A DNA stretch of 32,000 nucleotides from NCBI RefSeq assembly GCF_947495625.1, contig NZ_CANLZW010000018.1:10903-42902 (forward strand), read 5' to 3'. The first letter of the stretch is position 1. Every line of letters begins with the position of its first letter. The DNA is from an uncultured Cocleimonas sp. GTDB lineage: Bacteria > Pseudomonadota > Gammaproteobacteria > Thiotrichales > Thiotrichaceae. A program made the position numbers and the translations under genes. The notes under the pieces were generated by a model, which was given only the letters and a program-made list of their open reading frames with translations, searched no databases and was not told the origin of the DNA. Of this stretch, positions 12,017 through 21,511 are shown one piece after another.

Positions 12017-12477
12017 GTGTTTATTATTTACAAAAAAACACAAAATTAAATTAAGTATTTGGTAGGCACGCTCGGACTAACATCCAACACTGTAACCTAT
12101 TAATAAGATTGGGTTAATTTAAATTGTCGATTCGTCCTATACCAGCAAAAATACCAGCATCTAGTATCGACACCCAACTATAAAAATGTGGATAGTACTC
12201 ATTATGTCTGAGTTTTACAATATTACATCACCATAAAATAATTTTTCGATTCATTTCATGATGCAATATTATGAATTTCAAGTATTCGCTACTAAATCTA
12301 GGTATGAATATGATACATCCAAATCAGCGACTTCAAATTACCTAAATCCATTTATCATTGGTTGATATGAATAGTAATTTTCAATACTTTCAAGGTAGAT
12401 AGAGTGGTAGGCTTGCTTCAAAGTAAACCACACAACAATACTATAATCATAGACAACAGAGTAATTTGTAAAAAATC

Positions 12478-12507
12478 ATAAATTTTGAGTTTTATGATTA
12501 TCGTAAA
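12478..12507 (-). terminator. Weak AT-rich terminator downstream of brxL
   Basis: Minus strand reads ATCATAAA-actcaaaa-TTTATGAT followed by TTTTTT. The stem has only 8 A/T-rich base pairs. Confidence 0.35.
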
Positions 12508-12566
12508 ACATTAAACCTCATCAACCGCTATCAGGTAGCCTCTTCTTACTAAGGAAAACAATATGA

Positions 12567-14660
12567 TTAATTTTTAAAGATATCTATTTTGGTTTCCAAA
12601 CACTTCCTCAAAGAGAGATCATTCACACCCACACCATACCAGCTATCAGGTTTTTGGAAAAAATCGAGACCTCTACCAATTTTAACTATCCATCCATTAT
12701 CAATACGAATTTCACGATCATGCATGTTTTCGTTGACGTTTAAATCTAGCATTACATCTAGCTCTAATAAACTTTGCTTTACATCCTGGAGCCGTTCAGC
12801 CATCTCTTTAACGTCAGTCTTCTCATCATAGCTTGTGATTAATTGGATTTTTTTAATTGAAGGCTGCTTTAAAATCGCCTCACAGAAACGTATAAAATTT
12901 TGTATCTGATGATTTGCACGAATATATGGGTCTTCGATAATTACCGACTTTGCTCCCTCAAGATACGGCACTATGATAGATTCATAACTGTAACCTGTGG
13001 AGTCATAAGTAATTGTGTAGTGTTGCTCTTTGAGCCCTGGCAAGATTACTTCAGCAATTGCGGGGGCTTCCATGTCAATACTATCTGTCAAATGAGAAGC
13101 TTCTTTAGCATCTTTTTCAGGTTCTTTTATTACTTCTGGCTTATGACTCTCACCCTCATCATACGACTCTGTGACATAGCCAGGTTTAATAGGATTAAGT
13201 GTTGCTTCAACCCCAATTGTCTCTGGACAATCTACTACGATCTCCTTATCTTCAACATTAAAGAATGAAAGCTCAATGTTTATGAATTCATCATCAGGCT
13301 TACGTTTGTTCATTTGCTCTTTAACGCGGCGGCGACCTTCAATGGCATAAACCACATACTCTTCAAATTCTTCATCAGAGCACTCTCCATGGGGGTGAAG
13401 CATTTTTAGATAAGATGCTACTGTCTTTTTAATACCCTTCTCGTCTCTACCCTCAACACACTTTCCTAGCTTTATACGCTTACTAACTTCTTCGTATCGA
13501 TTTGTATGCTTAAGCTGATAGTGAAACGCCTCTGCCAAGTAGTCGGTGATAAAACCATAGTTGTCCGTTAAAAACTCAGAGCTATTTTTAGGCATTTCCC
13601 AACCAGGCATATACATGCAGAATCTGTCCATAACCGCCAGATCAAACTCTTTAGGTAAAGGTTGAAATAGATCGTACTCTGTAGAATTAACAACCTGCTT
13701 AACACCTAAATCCAAATTACCGATAAAGGTCATGCTAGCATCAGCTATGACTTCTGCACCGCGAGAGAAACGGCCATTAGCCATGAAGTCTTTCATGATC
13801 TGGATTGTATCCGGATCTTTTACACGCATATTGCCGACTTCGTCGAAGGCAATAGTATCCCAATAACCTACCAAACCGACTTTCTTGCGAGCATTGTTGT
13901 AGAACAATGTAGCACTGCTAGTCTGACCGCCAGAAATTAGAGTAGAGTAAGGCGAGAATTCGCTATAAAAATAAGACTTCCCCGTACCTCTTGGACCAAG
14001 TTCGATAAAGTTATAATTAGCCTCTACTAGAGGTGCTAGACGCGCCAGAAAATGGAATTTAACGCGCTTACTCAATTTGGTTGGCTCCAGACCAACAGAA
14101 CGCATAATAATGTCTAACCAATCATCTCTTTTGTATGCTTTCCTCTTTTCACAGTAAGCATCATAGTCAAAACGGCTAAGCTGAATTGGTCGTAAGTCTT
14201 CGATATAAAAGGCATAATCGTCTTCTTCAATTTCATTGTGGCAAAGAGTCACCTCAGCCCAAATACCTCCTTCGAGCAAGCGATCATTATTTTTGTAGAA
14301 CTTCTCGCCAATTGCAATACGCTGTGAGTTGAAATTTTCCAGGCTTGCCCAGTGGCGCTTCTCCTTCTCTACATAGCGAACATGAACTTTATCAATAAAC
14401 TTATGACGGCCTTTTGTTGCAACTTTAGATTGAGCAGCATTCGCCTCATCTGGGCGAACATAATTATCATTAAGTGTTTCAAGAACAGCGCTTAAACCTT
14501 CCTGAATTTCATCTTCATCATCACTGGCACAAAAACGTGCTAACAGAAATTCCAAAACAAACGTCGGTACATTGGTACCTTTTTTGATACGATGCAAAAG
14601 GTCTTTTCTTACAGCCTTTCCTTCGAAGTGCTCGAGTAACTTCTCATCTAGTAAGTCCAT
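12567..14660 (-). CDS. brxL: BREX BrxL variant: BrxL N-domain + MCM-like AAA+ ATPase + C-terminal MITD1-like PLD-fold (MIT_C) domain instead of the Lon-like domain
   Basis: The N-terminus 'HFEGKAVRKDLLHRIKKGTNVPTFVLEFLLARFCASDDEDEIQEGL...NYVRPDEA' matches BrxL. Walker A is 'GPRGTGKS' and Walker B is 'IAFDEV'. The last ~150 aa ('GYSYES', 'IEDPYIR', 'FIRFCE', 'HDREIRIDNGWIVKIGRGLDFF') match the MITD1 C-terminal domain as I recall it. No Lon Ser-Lys signature is visible. Confidence 0.85.
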   Translation of the reverse strand: MDLLDEKLLEHFEGKAVRKDLLHRIKKGTNVPTFVLEFLLARFCASDDEDEIQEGLSAVLETLNDNYVRPDEANAAQSKVATKGRHKFIDKVHVRYVEKEKRHWASLENFNSQRIAIGEKFYKNNDRLLEGGIWAEVTLCHNEIEEDDYAFYIEDLRPIQLSRFDYDAYCEKRKAYKRDDWLDIIMRSVGLEPTKLSKRVKFHFLARLAPLVEANYNFIELGPRGTGKSYFYSEFSPYSTLISGGQTSSATLFYNNARKKVGLVGYWDTIAFDEVGNMRVKDPDTIQIMKDFMANGRFSRGAEVIADASMTFIGNLDLGVKQVVNSTEYDLFQPLPKEFDLAVMDRFCMYMPGWEMPKNSSEFLTDNYGFITDYLAEAFHYQLKHTNRYEEVSKRIKLGKCVEGRDEKGIKKTVASYLKMLHPHGECSDEEFEEYVVYAIEGRRRVKEQMNKRKPDDEFINIELSFFNVEDKEIVVDCPETIGVEATLNPIKPGYVTESYDEGESHKPEVIKEPEKDAKEASHLTDSIDMEAPAIAEVILPGLKEQHYTITYDSTGYSYESIIVPYLEGAKSVIIEDPYIRANHQIQNFIRFCEAILKQPSIKKIQLITSYDEKTDVKEMAERLQDVKQSLLELDVMLDLNVNENMHDREIRIDNGWIVKIGRGLDFFQKPDSWYGVGVNDLSLRKCLETKIDIFKN

Positions 14661-14663
14661 AAG

Positions 14664-17171
14664 TTACATATCCATATATTTTGTTTTAAGTTTAACTTGA
14701 GCGAATTCAGCCAAGGTGTTCGGATTAAGTGCTTTAATAGTAAAAACACCTTCAAAGTCATCATCCATAATGATAGTAACTTTTTGGCTATCACCTGTCT
14801 GCAAACTCACTGTTCGCGTTGCCGCATTCACAGCACCTCCAATCTTCGCTTCGCCAATAACTTCACCTGAATCATTATGTGCTTCTAACAAAATTTCAGT
14901 CTGCGCGAACATGTCATCACTAGTAACAAACAACTCAATAACTGGGCGACGTGAGGTAATGACTTTTGTGCCATTTTTGTAGTTCAAAGAAACTTTTGAC
15001 TGCTGAACCACTTTAGTACGTCCTTTCAATTTCACTTCCATTACGGGCACCACACATTCCTGTAAGGATGCTCCACCGTGGAAGTACAATTTTCCTTTGC
15101 TGTATGCCGCCATAGTACTAGGGCCAGCGAGATGACTGTAATCACCTTTAATGCCCGCTTGAGGCGCAGGCATAATAAAATGGTGATGATCGGCGTTACC
15201 ACTACCGAGCGCAATGCGCTCATGCGTTAGGTACCAATCACCTGCAGGTTTTGGACACACATCACCATCGGTGGCTTGACGATTCATAAAGAAACCATGA
15301 TCTGTAGCAATTACTATTTGATTAAATCCCTGATTTTGTAACATACTTATAGCTACACGTATGTTTTTTAGCTCTCTCAGAATAACGCTAGGCGCTGTTT
15401 TAGGCGTATTTTCAAATTGTGTATCAATCTCAACACTACGTAACACAGCGAGTTCTACTGACTTATCAAATTTGTGGTTATTATCTATAAAATCATCAGC
15501 GCGCATTTCTGCAAAGCGGCTACCAAAACGCTTTTCAAAAATTTTCATGCGCTGCGGCACTGTACTTACAGGTATGTCGCCTAGCATAGGAATCATTCCA
15601 GAGTCACCTTTTATAATAGACAAGTCTTTACCAGCTCCTGGTAAAAGGCTGGCCATGCCGATTAAGGTTATACTCGGTAGACAAGCATAAGCTGGCTTTA
15701 AGGTGATTTCAAATTCATCTTTAAGCTGTTTTTCAAGCTCAAGGCCTAACTCAAAACGTAAGGCATCCACCATCAAATAAGCCACTCTCTGGCCACTAGT
15801 CTGTAATTTAGGTGCGACAATCTCATCAAAAACATCAGCATTGTATAATCGTCCCTGGGGTGGCCAACCAGTTTCAGCCAACTGCTTTGTAAAGAGGATT
15901 TGTACTTTTTCTGCTAACTTGCGATATTCACGACGCGCCTTATCTATTACAGGAGTTAGCAGACCTAGAGCATCCCAATAGTCCGTCACCGCCTGCTCAA
16001 ATTCACGTTGTAAGCGATCAGCCTCACGTAAGCTAGTGAGATAATAATCCAACAGCGTGGCCTGGCTAGCACTATGCTCTGGCAACTCACGTAATAGGTC
16101 ATTACAGGACTCAATCAATCTTTTAGCCGCAGCGACTAAATCCCATTGGGTTTCATTTTCACCACGATTACTCCAAATAGAGACCTTGCGTTGTGAAAGG
16201 ATTTCGTTAAGCGCTTCAAGCTCGTTATCTTTAATTGCTTTGATCGCCACCTGTAAGAAAGTTCGCTCTTCAAAGGGAAAAGTATCTCTGATCCCTAAGT
16301 CATCGACTGACCGACAAACCTGCTCAAGATTTAAATCATTAGGATGCTCTATCTGCTCAGCGTATTTAATATAGTCTTCCTGCTTACGCAGATCCTGACG
16401 TAGACCATCACAAAGACTTTCGATAATTGGTTTGGCTGTTGAATTGGCTCTAGGCACTCCGGCTAAGCACGCAGGCAGTTCACCTGGCAGGTCAAATACG
16501 AATTCACTAAACAAAACATAACGCCACAATTCTTCGCTAACGCTTTTCCACTTTTTCCCCCGAGTAGTGAGGGTTAAACCCAGCACTTGCTCAAATAGTT
16601 GCTTCGCTTCAGCTACCCAGGCCTCATTACTATCCAACTCTTTCTTTTGCGCCGCATCAGGCACCATTAAAGCACTGACTATTTCAGGAGAAGATTCAAC
16701 ATTAAGTAGCGCCCTGAGTGTTGGCCACTGCAAACCACCACCTATGCCATTAATTACTGCAAAACTTGGATTTGGATCTTGATCAAATGCATTGCGTACT
16801 TCTGTTTGGTGATCTGGTTTGGCTTTTAAACAAAGGCTCAAATACCTATCACCATCACCATCAGGAAAAACTTCACCACAAGCACTGTAAATACTAAATG
16901 GATCTTTTTGTTGATCTTCATCTGTCACCGGTTTGGCCACAGGGACATAAATCAGCAGTTTTTGGCCACCCTCACCAAAACTAATTAAAGTTTCTAAGGC
17001 TAACTCACGACTTTCAATACTGGACTCTGAGGTATCAACCACAAAAACCACCTCCGAAGCCATCGATAAACAGATATCGCGATAGCGATGTGCATAGTCA
17101 TAGACAACTAATACACGTTTATTAAGTCGCTTTTCGAATACTTGTGTCGATATATATTGTTCAATACTCAT
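14664..17171 (-). CDS. pglZ: BREX-1 PglZ alkaline-phosphatase-superfamily protein
   Basis: 835 aa. PglZ core 'AYLMVDALRFELG' and 'IVIATDHGF'. Positioned between pglX and brxL with 3-9 nt gaps. Confidence 0.92.
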   Translation of the reverse strand: MSIEQYISTQVFEKRLNKRVLVVYDYAHRYRDICLSMASEVVFVVDTSESSIESRELALETLISFGEGGQKLLIYVPVAKPVTDEDQQKDPFSIYSACGEVFPDGDGDRYLSLCLKAKPDHQTEVRNAFDQDPNPSFAVINGIGGGLQWPTLRALLNVESSPEIVSALMVPDAAQKKELDSNEAWVAEAKQLFEQVLGLTLTTRGKKWKSVSEELWRYVLFSEFVFDLPGELPACLAGVPRANSTAKPIIESLCDGLRQDLRKQEDYIKYAEQIEHPNDLNLEQVCRSVDDLGIRDTFPFEERTFLQVAIKAIKDNELEALNEILSQRKVSIWSNRGENETQWDLVAAAKRLIESCNDLLRELPEHSASQATLLDYYLTSLREADRLQREFEQAVTDYWDALGLLTPVIDKARREYRKLAEKVQILFTKQLAETGWPPQGRLYNADVFDEIVAPKLQTSGQRVAYLMVDALRFELGLELEKQLKDEFEITLKPAYACLPSITLIGMASLLPGAGKDLSIIKGDSGMIPMLGDIPVSTVPQRMKIFEKRFGSRFAEMRADDFIDNNHKFDKSVELAVLRSVEIDTQFENTPKTAPSVILRELKNIRVAISMLQNQGFNQIVIATDHGFFMNRQATDGDVCPKPAGDWYLTHERIALGSGNADHHHFIMPAPQAGIKGDYSHLAGPSTMAAYSKGKLYFHGGASLQECVVPVMEVKLKGRTKVVQQSKVSLNYKNGTKVITSRRPVIELFVTSDDMFAQTEILLEAHNDSGEVIGEAKIGGAVNAATRTVSLQTGDSQKVTIIMDDDFEGVFTIKALNPNTLAEFAQVKLKTKYMDM

Positions 17172-17180
17172 GTTTACGAC

Positions 17181-20100
17181 TTACCTTATTACTTTCTTAT
17201 CTTCAATGTAAACTTCAAGTTCAACTTGGGTCATTTCTTTAGCCTGCCAAACCCACTTTGTACCATTACCTCTAGCTGCTGGCGCCTCAACATACTCCCA
17301 AAGCTCAGTTTCCAAACCATGTGCAATCGCAATACTTCTATCTTCTTGGCATTTCTTCAGCACACGTTCTGGCCAATAGTTGAAAGCTAGTTTTGACCAA
17401 TCATAGTCACCGGCTTCTAAACCTGCCCATTTGTCATCTAGCTCCTGACACCAACTACTGTGATTGAATAAATTACGTAATGGCGCAGCAGTAATAACAA
17501 CACCATCATCTATATCGCAGTTAAACCCTGTCGACAAAACTTCCTGAATACTATCTCTGAAATCCTTAATTTCATCTAGCAAAGACGATAGCTTGGCTTC
17601 GTCTGCTAAATTTGATCCTTTGACTTGAGAAAGCTGCTCTTCAATAGTATTCACTGCTGGATCGACCACATCATTCAATACAGTGAATAAGGTTGCTCTA
17701 TTAAGTTTTTGATAGAATAGCCACACAGTAAAATTACCTGCTGTAGAAGTAAGTGGTAAATAGACAGGAGCAATGCGACTAGAACCACTGTATTGAGAAA
17801 GATGATAGTCAAAAAATGCTGTTGGTTTTGTGTAATATTGGCTAAGACTTTCAGAATTAAGCTCTGCCAATAGCTCATCTAATAAACCAGTGTTGTCAGA
17901 ATATAGTTCAGTCAAAATATCTGGAAGTACATTATCTGCTGAGACGATAAAGTACTGACCGATCGGGACAATACCCTTCATTAGCAACTTTTTAAGTTGA
18001 CCATCTTTTAATGGCAAGCACTTTAAATCCTGATTAATCTGTGGAACAGGTAAAGGGTCAAAAGGATCACGTTTACCCATTCCAACAGACGTCTGCCAAA
18101 AGCGACCAACAAGTCGACCAAATATATTTGAAAGTAAATCTTTAGCTATAAAAGAACGAGCATTATCTTGTTCAACGGGTAATCCAGTTATGGTAGACCA
18201 GTTATTCTGAAGTCCTCCATCAGGGAGGTCACTTTCAACCAAATTGTAATAATCCAATACTTTTTGATCAATACAATCCTGGAAATTTTTAATTTTGCAT
18301 TCTGTTTCTTCGTGAAGAGTAATATAAGCCGATACAGACTCAGATAACGAATGAGAACCAAGAGCAGAATACCAACAACCAGAATATAAACGTGAAACTT
18401 CGTTATGCTGACTTCCATATGAAAGGAGATGATAAAGTTTTAAAAAGATTCCAACTAATTTATTTTCTTCAGCGTCCATCTCACTTAAAGGAACAGGCAA
18501 AACATTGGCAACGCCAACTTGGAACTCTGGAGTATGAGCCTTACCAAGTTTTAATTTAAAAATGCTATCGAAAACACTACTATTACCAAGAACCAAGTAT
18601 TTTTCTATCGGCTCATTGAACGAAAAAGCAGACATACTACGCACACTAAATACCGTGCCTTTTGGCAAGACAGATGGAGTATATCGCAAGGCCCTTAGCG
18701 GCCATGAAAATCCACTTCTGTAATAGTAATCGGAATTTCGAATAACACTCCTTTCAAAAGCCCTCATCTCGAGTCCGTCATATGCCCAATTACAGACCAT
18801 TTGAATATCTAAGTAATACGGAGTGGTCTTACCTCCTTTAGCGAAGGTTTGCCATTTATGTTCTAACTCACAATATGCTCCTCCGACTTCAAAGTTATGC
18901 GATTGTACAGGCGAGATATTTTCTAGGCTAACTTCCCACCACATTCGAGCAAAGCGAAAGTCATCTCCACTAGCAAGTCCTTGCCGAGCTGACCTACAAT
19001 CAGATTTAAACTGTGGGTATTTATTAAATACACTACGCAAATTATCAGAAACCCAATATGAAAATGGAGAGCCTGGAATTGCATCAAAACTCGATGGATT
19101 AGTAATCAAAACAGATGATAAATCTTTGCCAGTAATTGCCTCATACAATTTATGACCTTTATCTTTTTCATCAACTAATCTAAAACATAACATTTTTGGA
19201 TACTGATGATATTCGTTGATTTCTGTAAGGCCTGCTCTAATTACACTGTCACACTTCCGAGCTTTAAAATTGCTTTCATTATCTATTGTAATGAAACCAG
19301 CTTCTTCTAGACTAGCCAATTCAGAAAGTGCCTGCTCTCTAGAAAGCTTTTCAAGTCTACATTTCTGGAACCTAGGTAAAGAGAAATCACCACTTTTTGA
19401 TAACTCTACTCCAATTAGCTGTTCAAGAATTTCTCTGCGGTTAGCTAAATCCTCTACACCGCTAGTTGAACGCAAAACATATGCAGCGGTTTCGACCATA
19501 GCATCCAGTACGCCACCACCAAAATCTGCAATAAACAAAGGTCTAAATTTACGGAGCAAAACCCGAGAACGCCAGCTTTCATAACTTTTCAGAAAGAATC
19601 CGGTCCTACTAGATATAGATCCAAGAAAACCGAGCGGGATAAGTAATTCTTGTGCTCGACTAACAAATGCTTGATAAACATCTGTTGGGCAATCCGGATA
19701 ATTTACTTCCATATATGATTCTGAATCGACCGAAGGTTTACCAAATGGGGGATTCATCACGATTACGTCAAACTTTAACTTCATTAAGTCAATAAAGGCT
19801 AATGAGTGTTCTATATCATCAGCAAACAACTTATTTTTAAAAGCTGTTGTTGAACTACTGCTATTAACAAATCCAGATAAAGCTTTCATTAACTGCTTTT
19901 CAGCTCCAGCAAAAAATGAACTATTAAGCCCTTGTACTGAAAAACTAAGATTTAACATCTTATCAATATGCTCTCGACCAAACAAATCATCCTGAATTTC
20001 AGATTCCTGATAGCGCTTAAACTCTTTCTCAACTTGCTCTAAGGCTTGGCGAATATCCTTTTCGAGCTTTAGCAGTATGCCCATTTCTCCAGCCAATGAC

Positions 20101-21491
20101 ATTTTCTCAGCGATAATATTAAGCAGTTCTGCAAGGAGATTACTTTGGCCGATAGGTAGCTTTGACTTGTAGGCTGACAATTGCTCTTGCTCAATAATCA
20201 AAGGTTCAGCACAAATTAAATTAGAGCGCATTATTGTTGGTCGCTCAACAGGTTTTACGCCAACTTCCTCCCAATAACGTTGCCCACGAAGCCATACAGC
20301 CAAACCCGCAATTTGAATAGCACGGGGATCTATATCGATACCATATAAATTATGAGAAATAATTAAAGCAGGGATGCTCTTTTGATACTCTTCAAAATTT
20401 GGGTAAGTTTGTAGTAATGGCTCAAATTTCTCACGAAGAGGCCAGCCATTCTCTGGTTCTTTTTCCCAGGCCTCCTCATAAATAGCGATCAACAGATCAA
20501 AAACATACAAAAGGAAGTGTCCTGATCCACAAGCTGGATCAATTACCCTTAAGCACCTAGGATCCTTTGCCTCGCGATAAGGTACATATGGAATATCACT
20601 AGCAGCCTGCTCCTCTGTTAGTTTATCGTCCTTCTGTAAAAAAACAGCTTTTTCATCTATTACCAGATAATCACAAATTTCTGATATTGATGTTTGGCCT
20701 TGCTGCATTTCATACCAAGTTTTACCAACAGTATTATCAGTGAGAAATTCAACCACATAGCGTGGAGTAAAGAATTGATTGCGAACAGCCATTTCTCGGC
20801 TATTTCTTGGAGCTCTAGATTCACCTCTGGCCTGATCAATTTCAGAACGAACATTCCAGTATTGATAAATCCAGCCAATCGTTTCATCTTCACCCCATAG
20901 TATTTCAAGTTCGGCATGATTAATTAAATCAAGTAATTGGAGCAGTACAGTTTCACGTGGAAATAATCGCCCTTGGCTAGAATAACGATTAAATAAAACA
21001 GCTAAATCCAAACTTAGCTCATCGAACACGCTAAACAGATAGTGCTGATACGATTGACCAATTTCACCTAAACTGCTCCCAGAAATGCGTTGATATAGCT
21101 GAAAGCCTTTAGATTGAAAACCTTGGCTGACTGACTCTATAACGAATTGTCTGGCTTCTGCCATACGTAGTGCCGCCAAGCGGTTTAATACAGTAAATGC
21201 TTGCTCTCGAACGATACGATCTAAGGCCTCTATAATGACCGATTTATCCTGATGGGGATCAGACTTATGGTTCGATACAAGATAATGATCTAAAGTATCT
21301 CTCAATAGCGATGCCGTTTGTTGCTCGCTAGGACTCAGTGCTGGCAAATCACTAAGCTCCGCAACACTACCCATAACCGGGTCTAAACCATAAATGTTTT
21401 GTAATTGCTGGATAAACTCATCGCTGAGCAGTTTACGCGCATCACTCACAAACTTTTGCAGAAGATTACAGGTTGCTTTATCAAATGCCAT
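17181..21491 (-). CDS. pglX: BREX-1 adenine-specific DNA methyltransferase PglX
   Basis: 1436 aa. 'ETIGWIYQYWN', SAM motif 'VIDPACGSGHFLLY', catalytic 'VIVMNPPFG', and 'PGSPFSYWVS...QGLASGDDFRFARMWWEV'. ATG start with an AGGAA SD. Confidence 0.92.
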   Translation of the reverse strand: MAFDKATCNLLQKFVSDARKLLSDEFIQQLQNIYGLDPVMGSVAELSDLPALSPSEQQTASLLRDTLDHYLVSNHKSDPHQDKSVIIEALDRIVREQAFTVLNRLAALRMAEARQFVIESVSQGFQSKGFQLYQRISGSSLGEIGQSYQHYLFSVFDELSLDLAVLFNRYSSQGRLFPRETVLLQLLDLINHAELEILWGEDETIGWIYQYWNVRSEIDQARGESRAPRNSREMAVRNQFFTPRYVVEFLTDNTVGKTWYEMQQGQTSISEICDYLVIDEKAVFLQKDDKLTEEQAASDIPYVPYREAKDPRCLRVIDPACGSGHFLLYVFDLLIAIYEEAWEKEPENGWPLREKFEPLLQTYPNFEEYQKSIPALIISHNLYGIDIDPRAIQIAGLAVWLRGQRYWEEVGVKPVERPTIMRSNLICAEPLIIEQEQLSAYKSKLPIGQSNLLAELLNIIAEKMSLAGEMGILLKLEKDIRQALEQVEKEFKRYQESEIQDDLFGREHIDKMLNLSFSVQGLNSSFFAGAEKQLMKALSGFVNSSSSTTAFKNKLFADDIEHSLAFIDLMKLKFDVIVMNPPFGKPSVDSESYMEVNYPDCPTDVYQAFVSRAQELLIPLGFLGSISSRTGFFLKSYESWRSRVLLRKFRPLFIADFGGGVLDAMVETAAYVLRSTSGVEDLANRREILEQLIGVELSKSGDFSLPRFQKCRLEKLSREQALSELASLEEAGFITIDNESNFKARKCDSVIRAGLTEINEYHQYPKMLCFRLVDEKDKGHKLYEAITGKDLSSVLITNPSSFDAIPGSPFSYWVSDNLRSVFNKYPQFKSDCRSARQGLASGDDFRFARMWWEVSLENISPVQSHNFEVGGAYCELEHKWQTFAKGGKTTPYYLDIQMVCNWAYDGLEMRAFERSVIRNSDYYYRSGFSWPLRALRYTPSVLPKGTVFSVRSMSAFSFNEPIEKYLVLGNSSVFDSIFKLKLGKAHTPEFQVGVANVLPVPLSEMDAEENKLVGIFLKLYHLLSYGSQHNEVSRLYSGCWYSALGSHSLSESVSAYITLHEETECKIKNFQDCIDQKVLDYYNLVESDLPDGGLQNNWSTITGLPVEQDNARSFIAKDLLSNIFGRLVGRFWQTSVGMGKRDPFDPLPVPQINQDLKCLPLKDGQLKKLLMKGIVPIGQYFIVSADNVLPDILTELYSDNTGLLDELLAELNSESLSQYYTKPTAFFDYHLSQYSGSSRIAPVYLPLTSTAGNFTVWLFYQKLNRATLFTVLNDVVDPAVNTIEEQLSQVKGSNLADEAKLSSLLDEIKDFRDSIQEVLSTGFNCDIDDGVVITAAPLRNLFNHSSWCQELDDKWAGLEAGDYDWSKLAFNYWPERVLKKCQEDRSIAIAHGLETELWEYVEAPAARGNGTKWVWQAKEMTQVELEVYIEDKKVIR

Positions 21492-21511
21492 TATTACTAT
21501 TCCTAGTCATT

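Noticed and set aside
12059-12087. Possible tRNA gene or tRNA 3' fragment (minus strand ...GTTAGTCCGAGCGTGCCTACCA) as an island att site
   Set aside because: An acceptor-like end and CCA can be drawn, but there is no T-stem partner or TTC loop and no D or anticodon arms. I found no matching direct repeat on the right side within the window. It is kept only as a note in the junction finding.
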